A model generated the notes under the pieces. That model was given only the letters and a program-made list of their open reading frames with translations, searched no databases and was not told where the DNA came from. This document shows positions 20,880-28,276 of a DNA stretch of 40,313 bases, piece after piece. Within the stretch, counting starts at the first letter, position 1; each line of letters begins with the position of its first letter. This DNA is from Desulfuromonadales bacterium (lineage in GTDB: Bacteria; Desulfobacterota; Desulfuromonadia; Geobacterales; DSM-12255): the NCBI GenBank assembly GCA_009780995.1, contig WQYY01000001.1, positions 1 to 40,313 on the forward strand. The letters run 5' to 3'. The position numbers were made by a program, and so were the translations under genes.

Positions 20880-21374
20880 ATGAAGGAATTACTGAAGCGA
20901 AAACAAAACCGTCTGCAAAATTACGATTACAGCCAAAACGGTGCGTATTTTGTGACAATATGCATTAAGGACAAGCATGAATTGTTATGGATTCCCGCAT
21001 TTGTAGGGGCGCACAGTGTGCGCCCGTTATTGTCGGATATAGGTAAGGTCGTTGAGAAGGCAATAATGAACATTCCACAAATCTATGAAACAGTAATAAT
21101 TGATAGATATACCATTATGCCAAACCACGTACACATGATAGCAATCATTGATTGTGACCACGGGCGCACACTGTGCGCCCCTACGATATCGCGTGTTATA
21201 AAACAATGTAAGGAATATGTGACAAAACAAATCGGATATTCCATTTGGCAAAAATCGTTTCACGACCACATTATTCGTAATGAACAAGATTATATCAATA
21301 TTGCAGAATACATTGAAAATAACCCCGCAAATTGGGAAATAGACCGTTTTTTTGTAGTGGCAAACCAGTCGTAG
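20880..21374 (+). CDS. REP-associated tyrosine transposase (RAYT; HUH/Y1, IS200-like fold)
   Basis: Has YFVTICIKDK (beta1), the HUH motif MPNHVHMIA, then WQKSFHDHIIRNEQDY and the putative catalytic Tyr in AEYIENNP. I start at the ATG at 20880 (MKELLKRKQN). Confidence 0.85.
   Translation: MKELLKRKQNRLQNYDYSQNGAYFVTICIKDKHELLWIPAFVGAHSVRPLLSDIGKVVEKAIMNIPQIYETVIIDRYTIMPNHVHMIAIIDCDHGRTLCAPTISRVIKQCKEYVTKQIGYSIWQKSFHDHIIRNEQDYINIAEYIENNPANWEIDRFFVVANQS
21002..21025 (+). repeat. REP copy inside the RAYT ORF (encodes FVGAHSVRP)
   Basis: TGTAGGGGCGCACAGTGTGCGCCC is identical to the intergenic REPs at 30418 and 31707. Confidence 0.85.
21162..21184 (-). repeat. Inverted REP copy inside the RAYT ORF (encodes HGRTLCAPT)
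   Basis: GGGCGCACACTGTGCGCCCCTAC is the exact 23-nt reverse complement of 21003-25. Confidence 0.85.
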
Positions 21375-21386
21375 TTGTATGGGCAC

Positions 21387-21410
21387 TGTAGGTGCGTACA
21401 ATATACGCCC
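21387..21410 (+). repeat. Degenerate REP immediately 3' of the RAYT
   Basis: TGTAGGTGCGTACAATATACGCCC has the same GTAGG head and a palindromic core (GCGTA...TACGC). Confidence 0.6.
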
Positions 21411-21429
21411 GAAAAGAAAGCCGCAAAAA

Positions 21430-21600
21430 TTGCCTAATCGTACTTATTACTGGAGGATTAGGCAATAATATATTAACCATTTTCTCTGAGATATAATTTC
21501 TATCAGCTGAGGTAATACCTGAGCTAGTAGATAATATAGGTTATATAATGGTAGAAATTACACATTGCCTAATTGTATTAAATGCAATACAATTAGGCAA
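21430..21600. repeat. 171-bp composite intergenic element, copy A2
   Basis: TTGCCTAAT-N18-ATTAGGCAA at 21430-21465 and 21565-21600, with the core ATATAATTTCTATCAGCTGAGGTAATACCTGAGCT at 21491-21525. The architecture is identical to 45-215. Confidence 0.8.
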
Positions 21601-21681
21601 TAATGTTGCATAGGATTTGTTATGAGAAAACTAGAGAACAATTTGTTTATCTCCCTGTTCGGAGAGACGATTGATGATTGA
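21601..21681 (+). other. Ghost 5' end of a paralog-family gene (leader plus ATGAGAAAACTAG), now a 19-codon uORF overlapping the oxidoreductase start
   Basis: 21602-21635 (AATGTTGCATAGGATTTGTTATGAGAAAACTAGA) resembles the leader and first codons of the genes at 22777 and 23325. The ORF at 21622-21681 reads MRKLENNLFISLFGETIDD*. Confidence 0.6.
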
Positions 21682-22744
21682 TATTAACCCCATGTACGAC
21701 ATTGCCATCATCGGCCTCGGCCCTGCCGGAGCTACGGTTGCGAGGCTGCTTGACAAAAATTATAAAATCATCGCCATTGACAAAAAAGGCGATGGCGAAA
21801 ACTCTTTCCGCAAGCCCTGCGGCGGGCTTTTGGCCATCGACGCACAAAAGGCACTGTCAAAGTTCAATCTGACCTTACCTAAAGAAGTACTTGTTGACCC
21901 TCAAATATTTGCCGTGAAAACTATTGACCCCAAGCAGGAGCTCCTGCGGTATTATCAACGATTTTATATTAATCTCGACCGCCACAAATTCGATATGTGG
22001 CTTATTTCGCTTATTCCCAAAAATATTGAAATCGTTGACGACTCACAATGTACCGGCATTAAGCAAGTTGGCGAATTTTACGAAATTACATGTACTCAAA
22101 ATGGACTGGAGCGCGTAATAACCGCCAAACAGGTTATCGGTGCGGACGGTTCGGATTCCATTGTCAGAAAATCCCTGTTCCCAAAGCGGAAAATCCCGCA
22201 ATATGTTTCAATTCAGGAGTGGTTTGCGGAAGAGCATCAGGTGCCGTTTTACTCCAGTATTTTCGACAGCGAAATCACTGATTCTTACTGCTGGAGCATT
22301 TCAAAGGACGGCTATTTCATTTTGGGCGGCGCGTTTCCGAAGGATTCCGGAAGAGAGAGGTTTGCTTTGCTCAAAGAAAAATTACAGAGGCAGGGCTTTT
22401 CATTTGGAGATCCTGTAAAAACCGAGGCTTGTCTTGTATCCATGCCGCGCGGCATACGCGACTTTTGCGTGGCAAAAGACGGCGCGTTTTTGACCGGAGA
22501 GGCAGCCGGATTTATCAGCCCGTCATCGTTGGAAGGGATAAGCTATGCGCTGAACAGCGCGTATGAGTTGGCGGAAGTTCTAAATTCGGACTGTAAAAAT
22601 CCGGCGTTGAGGATAAGGTTAAAGTCAATACCTATGCGGATAAAGCTGCTTTTCAAATACCTGAAAGCACCGTTTATGTACCGGCCATTTTTGAGGAAAT
22701 TGGCTATGAAAAGTGGAGTGAAGAGTATCAAGGTTATGGAATAA
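21674..22744 (+). CDS. FAD-dependent oxidoreductase (geranylgeranyl reductase/FixC-like)
   Basis: Dinucleotide-binding motif DIAIIGLGPAGATVA, plus KPCGGLL, GADGSDS and GEAAGFISP. The ATG at 21674 is preceded by GGAGAG. Confidence 0.85.
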   Translation: MIDINPMYDIAIIGLGPAGATVARLLDKNYKIIAIDKKGDGENSFRKPCGGLLAIDAQKALSKFNLTLPKEVLVDPQIFAVKTIDPKQELLRYYQRFYINLDRHKFDMWLISLIPKNIEIVDDSQCTGIKQVGEFYEITCTQNGLERVITAKQVIGADGSDSIVRKSLFPKRKIPQYVSIQEWFAEEHQVPFYSSIFDSEITDSYCWSISKDGYFILGGAFPKDSGRERFALLKEKLQRQGFSFGDPVKTEACLVSMPRGIRDFCVAKDGAFLTGEAAGFISPSSLEGISYALNSAYELAEVLNSDCKNPALRIRLKSIPMRIKLLFKYLKAPFMYRPFLRKLAMKSGVKSIKVME

Positions 22745-22776
22745 GATGTTTATATAAATGTTGCGTAGGAGCTGTT

Positions 22777-23262
22777 ATGAGAAAACTAGGTATTTTTTTA
22801 TTTGTTATAGGATTGGTTCTCTTCGGCGTAAGCTGGGTAACAGGAATGCTTATTGTAGGTGGTGTTCTTATACCTTCAGCTATTAGTACAATTACATTTG
22901 TACCTGCCGCTTTGTTTATTGTTGTAGGAGGTGTGCTTCGTTATTATCCGAATCCGGCAGTTAAGCACGGGCCTTTAGTTTGGGGGACAGTGATAAAAGT
23001 AGACTTTAGCCACATGTGGTACACCTGGGGCACCCGGTATACGGTGCAATATACTACGCTTAACGGCGAGCAAATTGTCTCTGAAGTAGATGCCGTCAGG
23101 CCTGTAAAAGGTATTGATGTCCCATACAAAATTCGAGCTCTAATGAAGAGTATGCTTGTTGATAAAAATGCTAATGTCCCCGTCCGATATGACCCTAAAA
23201 AGCCAAAACAGTTTATGATTGACAGGTCTATTTTACTCAAAGAAGATCTTGATAAGATGTAG
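22777..23262 (+). CDS. Paralog P1: 2-TM membrane protein with a DUF3592-like module (D1) only
   Basis: MRKLGIFLFV start and two hydrophobic helices. The D1 motif set is GTVIKV...YTVQYTTLNGEQI...VPVRYDPKKPKQFMID. It lacks the D2 module and has a 17-aa insertion relative to P2. Confidence 0.8.
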   Translation: MRKLGIFLFVIGLVLFGVSWVTGMLIVGGVLIPSAISTITFVPAALFIVVGGVLRYYPNPAVKHGPLVWGTVIKVDFSHMWYTWGTRYTVQYTTLNGEQIVSEVDAVRPVKGIDVPYKIRALMKSMLVDKNANVPVRYDPKKPKQFMIDRSILLKEDLDKM

Positions 23263-23324
23263 CTGATGAAATTAAAATCGTGATAAATTGTCACGCTTCG
23301 AAAAATGTTGCAGAGGGAGCCATT

Positions 23325-24146
23325 ATGAGAAAATTAGGAATTTTTTTACTTGTTACCGGGTGGGTTCTAGTTGTTGTAGTAATCCTTGCTTTCGCTCCGG
23401 GTGTTCCTATGCCTTACGCGGTCAGTAATTTGATTACTAATCATGTGTCCTTAATCATTTATCTTTGTGTAGTGCTTATTTTCGGAGGGGCGATTCTGTG
23501 TGACAAATATCCGTATAGTCCGGCAGTTGAGAACGGGCCTTTGGTCCGGGGGACGGTGATAAAAGTAGGTGGGAGCTGGCGCAGCAACACCGCTTTGTCG
23601 CGGTATACGGTGCAATATACCACGCTTAACGGTGAGCAAATTATCTCTAAAATAGATGCCAGCAAGTTTGCTGCTCAAAAAGGTATGGATGTGCCTGTCC
23701 GATATAACCCTAAAAAGCCAAAACAATTTATGCTAGATACAGAATCTTCGCCTATTTTATTCAAAGAAGACCTCACCGAACAAGGGCAAGCGAATGTACA
23801 ATCGATGACTATAAATCAGGGGCAAGTGCAAATGAATTTTGATCCAATGCAGCTCCAGGCGCAGATGATGAATGAAGGTGTAACCACGCAGGCGGCAATG
23901 GATATAAGGAATACGGGTGTGCAGGCAAAGGGCGTGGTTTTGTCGGCGCAGCCTACCGGCAATATTGTTGGTAACAACGGTGAAATTGAATTGAAAATTG
24001 AAGTTACCAGGCCGGACGGTAGCCAGTATGAAGCCACTGTCAGAAAAGCAATCCCAGCGGTTGCATTGCCGTATGTCCAGGCAGGACGGGTGATTCAGGT
24101 TTTCTATAAGCCGGAAGATGAGCAAAATATCACAATCGGATTATAA
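23325..24146 (+). CDS. Paralog P2: 2-TM protein, D1 + Q-rich linker + D2
   Basis: ATG at 23325 after GAGGGAG. D1 reads YTVQYTTLNGEQI...VPVRYNPKKPKQFML. D2 reads GVQAKGVVLSAQPTGNIVGNNGEIELKIEVTRPDGSQYEA...VFYKPEDEQNITIG. Confidence 0.82.
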   Translation: MRKLGIFLLVTGWVLVVVVILAFAPGVPMPYAVSNLITNHVSLIIYLCVVLIFGGAILCDKYPYSPAVENGPLVRGTVIKVGGSWRSNTALSRYTVQYTTLNGEQIISKIDASKFAAQKGMDVPVRYNPKKPKQFMLDTESSPILFKEDLTEQGQANVQSMTINQGQVQMNFDPMQLQAQMMNEGVTTQAAMDIRNTGVQAKGVVLSAQPTGNIVGNNGEIELKIEVTRPDGSQYEATVRKAIPAVALPYVQAGRVIQVFYKPEDEQNITIGL

Positions 24147-24173
24147 TGTAAGCATAATATACAGGTGGTTGGC

Positions 24174-24920
24174 ATGAGAAAATTTGGTTGGGTTTTATTG
24201 ATTTTAGGTTGGCTTTGTTTCTTCCTGTCATTCAGCTTTGAAGACAAATATCCCTTTAACCTTTTGCCGGGTTGTCTTGAATTCGGCGCTATTATCGGTA
24301 TTTTTGGCGGGGCTTTGTTGATAGTGCTCAGCGGCAGAGGCAAAAAAATCAGGAACGGCCAGTTAGTGGTTGGCACAGTGACTTCTGTAAAGCAGACTGC
24401 TGTTGGCCTAAACAGTGGCAGAATACTGCAGATCAAACTGTCCATTCAATTTACGACCTTAGACGGCCAGCAGATAACAGCTACGGTGTTGAAGTTCGTT
24501 TGGCTCGCAAATTTGGCCCAGTTCCAGCTTGGCACCAAGCTGCCGATCAGATATAACCCTAAAAAACCGCAAAATATCATGATAGACCTCAAAGCGGATA
24601 AGGCGCAACTGCAACACGCTAGAAATGAATACTACGTTTCTACCGGCAAGATGACGCAAAGTGCGATGAATATCAAAGAGAACGGTGTACAAGCGCAAGG
24701 CATTGTCCTTGATTCCAAGTCCACGGGCAACATCGTAGACGGTTCCGGCGAGATGATAGTACATGTCAAAGTTACAAGACCGGACAATACCACATACGAA
24801 GTTACAACGACCTTTAACGTTCCGCCAAACAAGATACCGTTCACGGCTCCGGGCTGTGTGGTACATGTCTGGTATGTGCCTGACAACGAACAGCGTATTG
24901 TGATCGGGTGGTACTCCTGA
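24174..24920 (+). CDS. Paralog P3: 2-TM protein, D1 + D2
   Basis: MRKFGWVLL start. D1 reads SIQFTTLDGQQITA...LPIRYNPKKPQNIMID. D2 reads GVQAQGIVLDSKSTGNIVDGSGEMIVHVKVTRPDNTTYEV...VWYVPDNEQRIVIG. Confidence 0.82.
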   Translation: MRKFGWVLLILGWLCFFLSFSFEDKYPFNLLPGCLEFGAIIGIFGGALLIVLSGRGKKIRNGQLVVGTVTSVKQTAVGLNSGRILQIKLSIQFTTLDGQQITATVLKFVWLANLAQFQLGTKLPIRYNPKKPQNIMIDLKADKAQLQHARNEYYVSTGKMTQSAMNIKENGVQAQGIVLDSKSTGNIVDGSGEMIVHVKVTRPDNTTYEVTTTFNVPPNKIPFTAPGCVVHVWYVPDNEQRIVIGWYS

Positions 24921-24946
24921 CGAATTGAAATTTGGAGGCAGTTGCA

Positions 24947-25621
24947 ATGAAAACAATCGGTAAGTTTTTATTCTATTTAGGCTGTATCGTGTTTCTGGCC
25001 TTTTGGGTCTGTCTTACGCTTTTTGCATTTCATCTGAAAATTAACGCAGATATTATGACCGCAGCTGCACTGTTTTCTGTAGTCTGTATAATTGTTGGAA
25101 GCCTGATAAATAGCCAGGACCGGAAGAAAACTTTAGTTCGGAACGCGATTTTTGTTCTTGCGGTTCTGTTCATAGTCGTGGCGGCCACTAAAGTGATTAC
25201 CGATATAGGAACGTTCTTGTTGCTTATTGCTATTTTGATATTCGTGCGGCAGACAAGAAATTACTGGAGGGTTGAAGGCGCTGCCGAGTGTCGCATGAAT
25301 CCAAACAGGAGCAATTCAAAACTTTATAATGAGCTGAAAGATACAGGTATCGCGACAACCGCTACAATACTCGATTCACAGGCAGATGGCGGAAGATTTG
25401 CCGGGACTCCTGGAAATCAGACCGGCGGCACCCGTTTCATGAACTTAACCATTTCTTTCACAGACAATAAAAGCAATGTACATACAGCAAATATACGTTA
25501 TGAAATTGACAATTCATTGATTGCTAATTTTATTAAAGGGAAGGAAATCTCTATTATTTATGACGCTGATAACACGGAGCGTATTGTAATTGATACAGAG
25601 AAATGTCAAATCGATGTATAA
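24947..25621 (+). CDS. Paralog P4: 4-TM protein with only a divergent D2-like module
   Basis: ATG at 24947 after GGAGG, with four hydrophobic segments. The C-terminus reads GIATTATILDSQADG...LTISFTDNKSNVHTA...ISIIYDADNTERIVID. Confidence 0.7.
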   Translation: MKTIGKFLFYLGCIVFLAFWVCLTLFAFHLKINADIMTAAALFSVVCIIVGSLINSQDRKKTLVRNAIFVLAVLFIVVAATKVITDIGTFLLLIAILIFVRQTRNYWRVEGAAECRMNPNRSNSKLYNELKDTGIATTATILDSQADGGRFAGTPGNQTGGTRFMNLTISFTDNKSNVHTANIRYEIDNSLIANFIKGKEISIIYDADNTERIVIDTEKCQIDV

Positions 25622-25676
25622 TTTTATTATGATTGGGTTTTACGCGTAACGTATTTATTTTTGGAGGTATTTCAGC

Positions 25677-26828
25677 ATGAAAAAAGCAGGCATAATTTTG
25701 ATAATTATCGGTATAGCTGCGTGTGCTTTATTAATTTTTAGCAATCTTTTAAGTGGTTCTTTGACTAGTTCTTTTAGCGATCTCGTTGACAATTATTCTA
25801 CGCCTCTCGCTTTTATAGCCCCTCTGTTTATAATCGCTGGTGTTATTCTTAGAATAAAGTGTGGGCTAAGCAAAAAAGAAAAAGCCTACCCGTTTGTTAT
25901 GGGAACATTAATATCAATTGACCAGGGGGCCCATGGATACACTCAAGTTAACAGTCAGCCAGTATGCAGGTTAACCATTCAGTTTACAACAAATGATGGG
26001 CAGCAAATAACAACTAGAATTAGAACAATAATTCAGTTGACCGATTTAGCGCAGTTTCAACCCGGAATAGATATACCAGTCAGATATAATCCCCAAAACC
26101 CGCAACATATTGTACTGGACTTCCAAGAAGAAGCGAATCAGCTGCAAAATAAACTGAGTCAGATGCAAGACCAGCTAAGTGAGGCTGACCAGAAGTTAGA
26201 CCAGGAGATTGCGGCTGAAAAGCAGGCTGCTGGCCAACCTCTGGTTGTGGGGAAACTGCTGTTCCTAGAACGAACCAAGACGTATTTTAATGATAAAGAA
26301 ATGTCGCAATACGAAATGTCTCAATGCACGCTGACCTTTCAATTCACCACACAGGACGGGCAGCAGATAACAGCTACCACAGAAAGGATCATTCCCCAGG
26401 TTACTTTGGAAAAGGAGCAGTTTAAGCTGATGGGATTGTCGTATCTCCGATACAACCCGCAAAGCCCGCAGCAAATCACGTTCATCGGATCATTAGATAA
26501 TATAAAACCGGACGAGAAAAAACATGCAGATGAGCAATACCAAATAGCTATCGGACAGTGGACGCAAGAGGCTATTGATATTAGAGATAAGGGTACAGAA
26601 ACAAAGGGAGTTATTCTTAAATCAAATCCCACCGGCAATATCGTAGATGGTAAAAGCGAGGTAGAACTGCAAGTCAGGGTAACACGGCCGGACAACAGCA
26701 CTTACGAGGTTTCCGTAACCAAACATGTGCCGCAAAACGGAATGGCATTTACTGTTCCTGGCAGTATAGTCCATGTTTTCTATATGCCGGATAATGAGCA
26801 ACATATCGTGATCGGATTTTACGCTTAA
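25677..26828 (+). CDS. Paralog P5: 2-TM protein, D1 + coiled-coil linker + second D1 + D2
   Basis: D1a is TIQFTTNDGQQIT...IPVRYNPQNPQHIVLD. The linker is Q/E/L-rich (NQLQNKLSQMQDQLSEADQKLDQEIAAEKQ). D1b is TFQFTTQDGQQITA...YLRYNPQSPQQITF. D2 is GTETKGVILKSNPTGNIVDGKSEVELQVRVTRPDNSTYEV...VFYMPDNEQHIVIG. Confidence 0.82.
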   Translation: MKKAGIILIIIGIAACALLIFSNLLSGSLTSSFSDLVDNYSTPLAFIAPLFIIAGVILRIKCGLSKKEKAYPFVMGTLISIDQGAHGYTQVNSQPVCRLTIQFTTNDGQQITTRIRTIIQLTDLAQFQPGIDIPVRYNPQNPQHIVLDFQEEANQLQNKLSQMQDQLSEADQKLDQEIAAEKQAAGQPLVVGKLLFLERTKTYFNDKEMSQYEMSQCTLTFQFTTQDGQQITATTERIIPQVTLEKEQFKLMGLSYLRYNPQSPQQITFIGSLDNIKPDEKKHADEQYQIAIGQWTQEAIDIRDKGTETKGVILKSNPTGNIVDGKSEVELQVRVTRPDNSTYEVSVTKHVPQNGMAFTVPGSIVHVFYMPDNEQHIVIGFYA

Positions 26829-26855
26829 GTAAAGTAAATCAAAGGAGGAATTGCA

Positions 26856-27392
26856 ATGATAATCAACTCACAAAAAGCGGAAGAACAGGCGGTTTTGAAC
26901 TTGGCACAGGCCATTTGCGCGGTGGCGCGGACAGCGCCGAAAGCTTGTGGCATTGACCACACAGATACGGCGGTACTTATCGGTGAAGATAAGGTGCGGA
27001 TTGCTGAGGAAATGCGTAGAATTGGCAAAAGCCTTGGTGAGAACGGAAAATTTATGATCCGAGATGCTGGTAATGTGGACGCGAGCGGTGCGGTAGTTTT
27101 GGTTGGTGCAAAGTACGAAACGCGAGGGCTCAATGAGGGATGCAGCCTATGCGGGTTTGTGAATTGTGCTGTTTGCAGTGCTGCTGGTGCAACATGCGTG
27201 TTTACCTCCATGGATTTGGGAATTGCGCTTGGTTCGGCTGTGGCTTTGGCGGCCGATAGCCGGGTAGATAACAGAATCATGTTCACTATCGGTAAAGCCG
27301 CTGCCGCCTTAGGTCTTTTGGGTGAATACAAACTTATTATGGGTATTCCGTTGTCTGTATCAGGTAAGTCGCCTTTCTTTGACCGGGGTTAG
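26856..27392 (+). CDS. DUF2148-type ferredoxin-domain protein
   Basis: Cys cluster CSLCGFVNCAVC, an Ala/Gly-rich sequence typical of DUF2148 proteins from anaerobes, and the RBS AAGGAGG. It is noticeably GC-richer than its neighbours. Confidence 0.7.
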   Translation: MIINSQKAEEQAVLNLAQAICAVARTAPKACGIDHTDTAVLIGEDKVRIAEEMRRIGKSLGENGKFMIRDAGNVDASGAVVLVGAKYETRGLNEGCSLCGFVNCAVCSAAGATCVFTSMDLGIALGSAVALAADSRVDNRIMFTIGKAAAALGLLGEYKLIMGIPLSVSGKSPFFDRG

Positions 27393-27424
27393 GTGAGAAA
27401 TTTACTCCAGTGATGGGCTTTATC

Positions 27425-27470
27425 AATAACTTTAAAGTTATTGACAAGATAATAACTTTAAAGTTATTAT
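27425..27470 (+). promoter_or_regulatory. Toxin-antitoxin promoter with two identical 18-bp palindromic operators
   Basis: AATAACTTTAAAGTTATT occurs at 27425-27442 and 27451-27468. TTGACA (27441-27446) and TATTAT (27465-27470) overlap the operators. Confidence 0.7.
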
Positions 27471-27503
27471 TATGGCTGGATCGGATAAAGGAAAAACTAA
27501 CCT

Positions 27504-27866
27504 ATGTATAAAATAATCTTTTACAAAAACAGGCGCGGGAAAAGTCCTGTAGTTGATTATATAAAAGGGTTAGCTGGAAAGAAAGATAAGGATAGCCGGA
27601 TAAAATCTGAAAAAATAAATGACTACCTTCAAGCCCTACAAGAGCGCGGGATACATATAGGAGAGCCGTATATTAAACACCTTGACGGTGATATATGGGA
27701 GCTTAGGCCGATAAAAGATAGAATACTATTCGCAACGTGGGACGGTAATAGCTTTCTAGTTCTCCACCACTTTATGAAAAAGACGCAGAAAACCCCGCCA
27801 CATGAGATAGAACAGGCAAAACGCGAGCTTGCCGACTGGAAAGAAAGGAGTATTGACAATGGATAA
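27504..27866 (+). CDS. higB: Type II toxin, HigB/Gp49-like (RelE/ParE superfamily)
   Basis: 120 aa with the pattern KSPVVDYI...GDIWELRP...RILF...HHFMKKTQKTPPHEIE, typical of the phage Gp49/HigB family. It overlaps the downstream HTH gene by 8 nt. Confidence 0.8.
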   Translation: MYKIIFYKNRRGKSPVVDYIKGLAGKKDKDSRIKSEKINDYLQALQERGIHIGEPYIKHLDGDIWELRPIKDRILFATWDGNSFLVLHHFMKKTQKTPPHEIEQAKRELADWKERSIDNG

Positions 27867-28221
27867 AGAGTATAAAAAAGCATTGGAGCAAGCAAAAGCG
27901 AATTTAGCCGATGCTAAAGCACGTGGTAAGGATGCTATGGGTGTGACATGGGGCGAATTAAGGCATAAGCTTTTCACGCCGGAGGAAATCGCTGCCAGTG
28001 ACCTTAGAGTAGCTATGATGATTGAGATCGCCAAGGCAAGGAAAGAGCGTGGTATATCCCAGAAAAAGCTCGAAGAGATGAGTGGGGTTAAACAGCCCAT
28101 AATAGCCCGTATGGAAAAAGGGAGTACAAGCCCACAGCTCGACACTATCTTAAAAGTATTGGCTCCTTTGGGGAAGACACTTTACATTGGTGATCTGGAT
28201 CAGCATGAACAGGTTAAGTAA
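27859..28221 (+). CDS. higA: XRE-family HTH antitoxin (HigA-like)
   Basis: HTH segment ERGISQKKLEEMSGVKQPIIARMEKG. The ATG at 27859 is preceded by AAGGAG. Confidence 0.8.
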   Translation: MDKEYKKALEQAKANLADAKARGKDAMGVTWGELRHKLFTPEEIAASDLRVAMMIEIAKARKERGISQKKLEEMSGVKQPIIARMEKGSTSPQLDTILKVLAPLGKTLYIGDLDQHEQVK

Positions 28222-28276
28222 ATTACTTGGCCACAAGCTAATTAGGTTTCCTGTTATTTTTTTGGGAGGAACATTT

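Noticed and set aside
22793-22799. T7 homopolymer in codons 6-9 of P1 (also at 23341-23347 in P2) as a possible slipped-strand phase-variation switch
   Set aside because: Seven T residues is short for efficient slippage, and the tract simply encodes the Phe/Leu-rich start of the TM helix. There is no evidence of frameshifted variants in the window.
26891-26907. Sigma54-like TGGCAC...TTGC sequence
   Set aside because: The GG-to-GC spacing is two nucleotides too long relative to the -24/-12 consensus, and the site lies inside the DUF2148 coding sequence.
26825-27331. 168-aa minus-strand ORF
   Set aside because: It is antisense to the GC-rich DUF2148 gene. The translation is Ala/Pro/Ser-rich with no motif, and the sense ORF has a strong RBS and a Cys cluster.
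28187-28276. Upstream extension of the P6 ORF overlapping the higA 3' end
   Set aside because: The ATG at 28277 has a GGGAGGA RBS and aligns with the P7 start. The extension has no counterpart in any paralog.
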